Below are positions 62,520 to 64,000 of a DNA stretch of 64,000 nucleotides, piece after piece. Each line of letters opens with the position of its first letter. Position 1 is the stretch's first letter. The stretch is taken from positions 28,644,001-28,708,000 of the forward strand of contig OZ116699.1 in assembly GCA_964199315.1 (NCBI GenBank), in the 5' to 3' direction. The position numbers and the translations under genes were made by a program. Below the pieces are notes generated by a model. The model searched no databases. It was not told the origin of the DNA and saw only the letters and a program-made list of their open reading frames with translations. This DNA is from Orbicella franksi. Taxonomy: Eukaryota.

Positions 62520-64000
62520 GTGTGTAAAGTGTAATGGGAAACAAGTGATGTAGTCGAGTGCCTTTCGCTACTTCTTTAGTGCTCTACCGCTTCCTAAGTG
62601 CTTTACAACAGAACATAGCACAGCCGAAGCTTCTTTCTTTCTGTTTGATAAAGAATCCTTTAATTTCCCCACACATGCATTCGCCAAGTATTTTAAAATC
62701 AAACAATATTTTCCAATACCAAACGAGTAAAAACGGCGTAAGCGTATTTTAAAAGTACGCTATAATAAGCCAATTACAATACTTTTTAGAATTGTTCAAA
62801 TAATTTGAACAACGAGGCAACAGCTGTCAATCAAACGCAAGACTTAGAGAAACTTTAGGTTTCGAGTGACTTTCGAGAGAAGAACAATCGCTTCAAAGTT
62901 CGCTTTTTAGTTTAAAGATGATTTCCAGTCCGTAGTGCAGTCTCAGCAGCCCAATGTTTGCGAGTCTCACTCTATAGAATGCGAAATTTTAAATTCTTTT
63001 TCCGACAGTTTCTTTGATTTTTACAGCTACGGAGTTTTTTCACCACGTAATATCAGTAATATCAGAAAGAACGAGGAATTGAATAAACCTTCGCATCCAT
63101 AATGGCGGTTGATTCACCTCATGTAAGTAATTGCGAAATGTTACATTTTGTGACGTCTTACAAAAGTTAAAACAGAAAACGTGAACGAACTCTTGAGAGT
63201 GCGCAGACGGGACTGGAAATCCTCTTTAATTTAAAAATGAAGGATCTAAAAGTTTCTTGTCTAGTGGAATCTGACCGGATTGTGGCTCATGAAAATGCTC
63301 ACTTTTCTTACGGAAATTACGAAACAAAGAGCTCAAATCTCGCGATGAAAATGCGAAACGGTTTCACAAGCGAAATACTGCCAGTGAAGTTTGAATGATA
63401 TATAATCGCCTTTTTACGGTTCACACGGCGAAAAACATGATACGCGGCTCCTGATTGAACATATCGTTTTTTCCACACGTGAAAAACCCGATACACACCA
63501 TTTGATTGGCTTACAGCTACTGAGACCAGCTTGTGAATGAGAATTTGCTTCGCGCCTTTTCAGTGGGTAAAGATAATCTCAGTATATATGAAATAAGTTG
63601 TGTTATTCTGTTTACTACGTGATTACCCTTATACTGTTTTGTGGGAATCTAGCACATTTTTAACTCTACTGTTGCTAACAATGGCCTCCATGCATCTATG
63701 CTCATTGCTGACAAATCCGTTTTGAAATTTGAAATTCGGTAGCTTACCGCCCGCGTGCATCTGTACTCTTTTTCAACCAATCCGAACGCGTGTTATTTCG
63801 AACGATTATTGTAACATAAAACACGGGGATATTTTGCTCATTGCTCATATTTTTCCGAAGCGGCGACGAAAAATTATCCAACATCAGATTATACAACAGC
63901 AAATGCTTCTTTCTCCTTAGCATCTTTGCTGTAGCTGAATAAAATGTCGCGTTATTACTGAAGTCAACTAAGTCTCGTGTCAGCTTTCTCACATTACTGA

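Overview
AT-rich, intron-rich animal genomic DNA. The repeat families and gene content suggest a cnidarian, probably a stony coral (inference). Manual splice-site and phase walking recovers the following. (1) 1.0-24.0 kb (+): a ~33-exon LRMP/IRAG2-KASH5-like gene (EF-hand, long coiled coil, MRVI1/LRMP domain, C-terminal TM plus KASH-like tail). Its introns carry a decayed Ty3/Gypsy element, an L1/Tx1 fragment, MITEs and SINEs. (2) 29.5-41.7 kb (+): a secreted CILP-like gene with an unusual Kazal + EF-hand + 2xTSP1 N-terminus; its promoter and signal-peptide exon are tandemly duplicated (1.5 kb). (3) 44.1-47.4 kb: a 5'-truncated kelch pseudogene (-) fused back-to-back to a second, 5'-truncated CILP copy whose ~580-codon terminal exon is still open. 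(4) 48-57 kb: a mosaic of degenerate low-copy duplications, also related to 25-29.6 kb. (5) 55.9 kb to beyond the window end (+): a third paralogue in which a MAM domain occupies the position of the Kazal domain. The most interesting signal is this tandem cluster of CILP-like matrix genes with swappable N-terminal modules and duplicated first and last exons. No prokaryotic features, CRISPR arrays, rRNA or intact tRNA genes were seen. All family assignments are from remembered motifs, not database searches.
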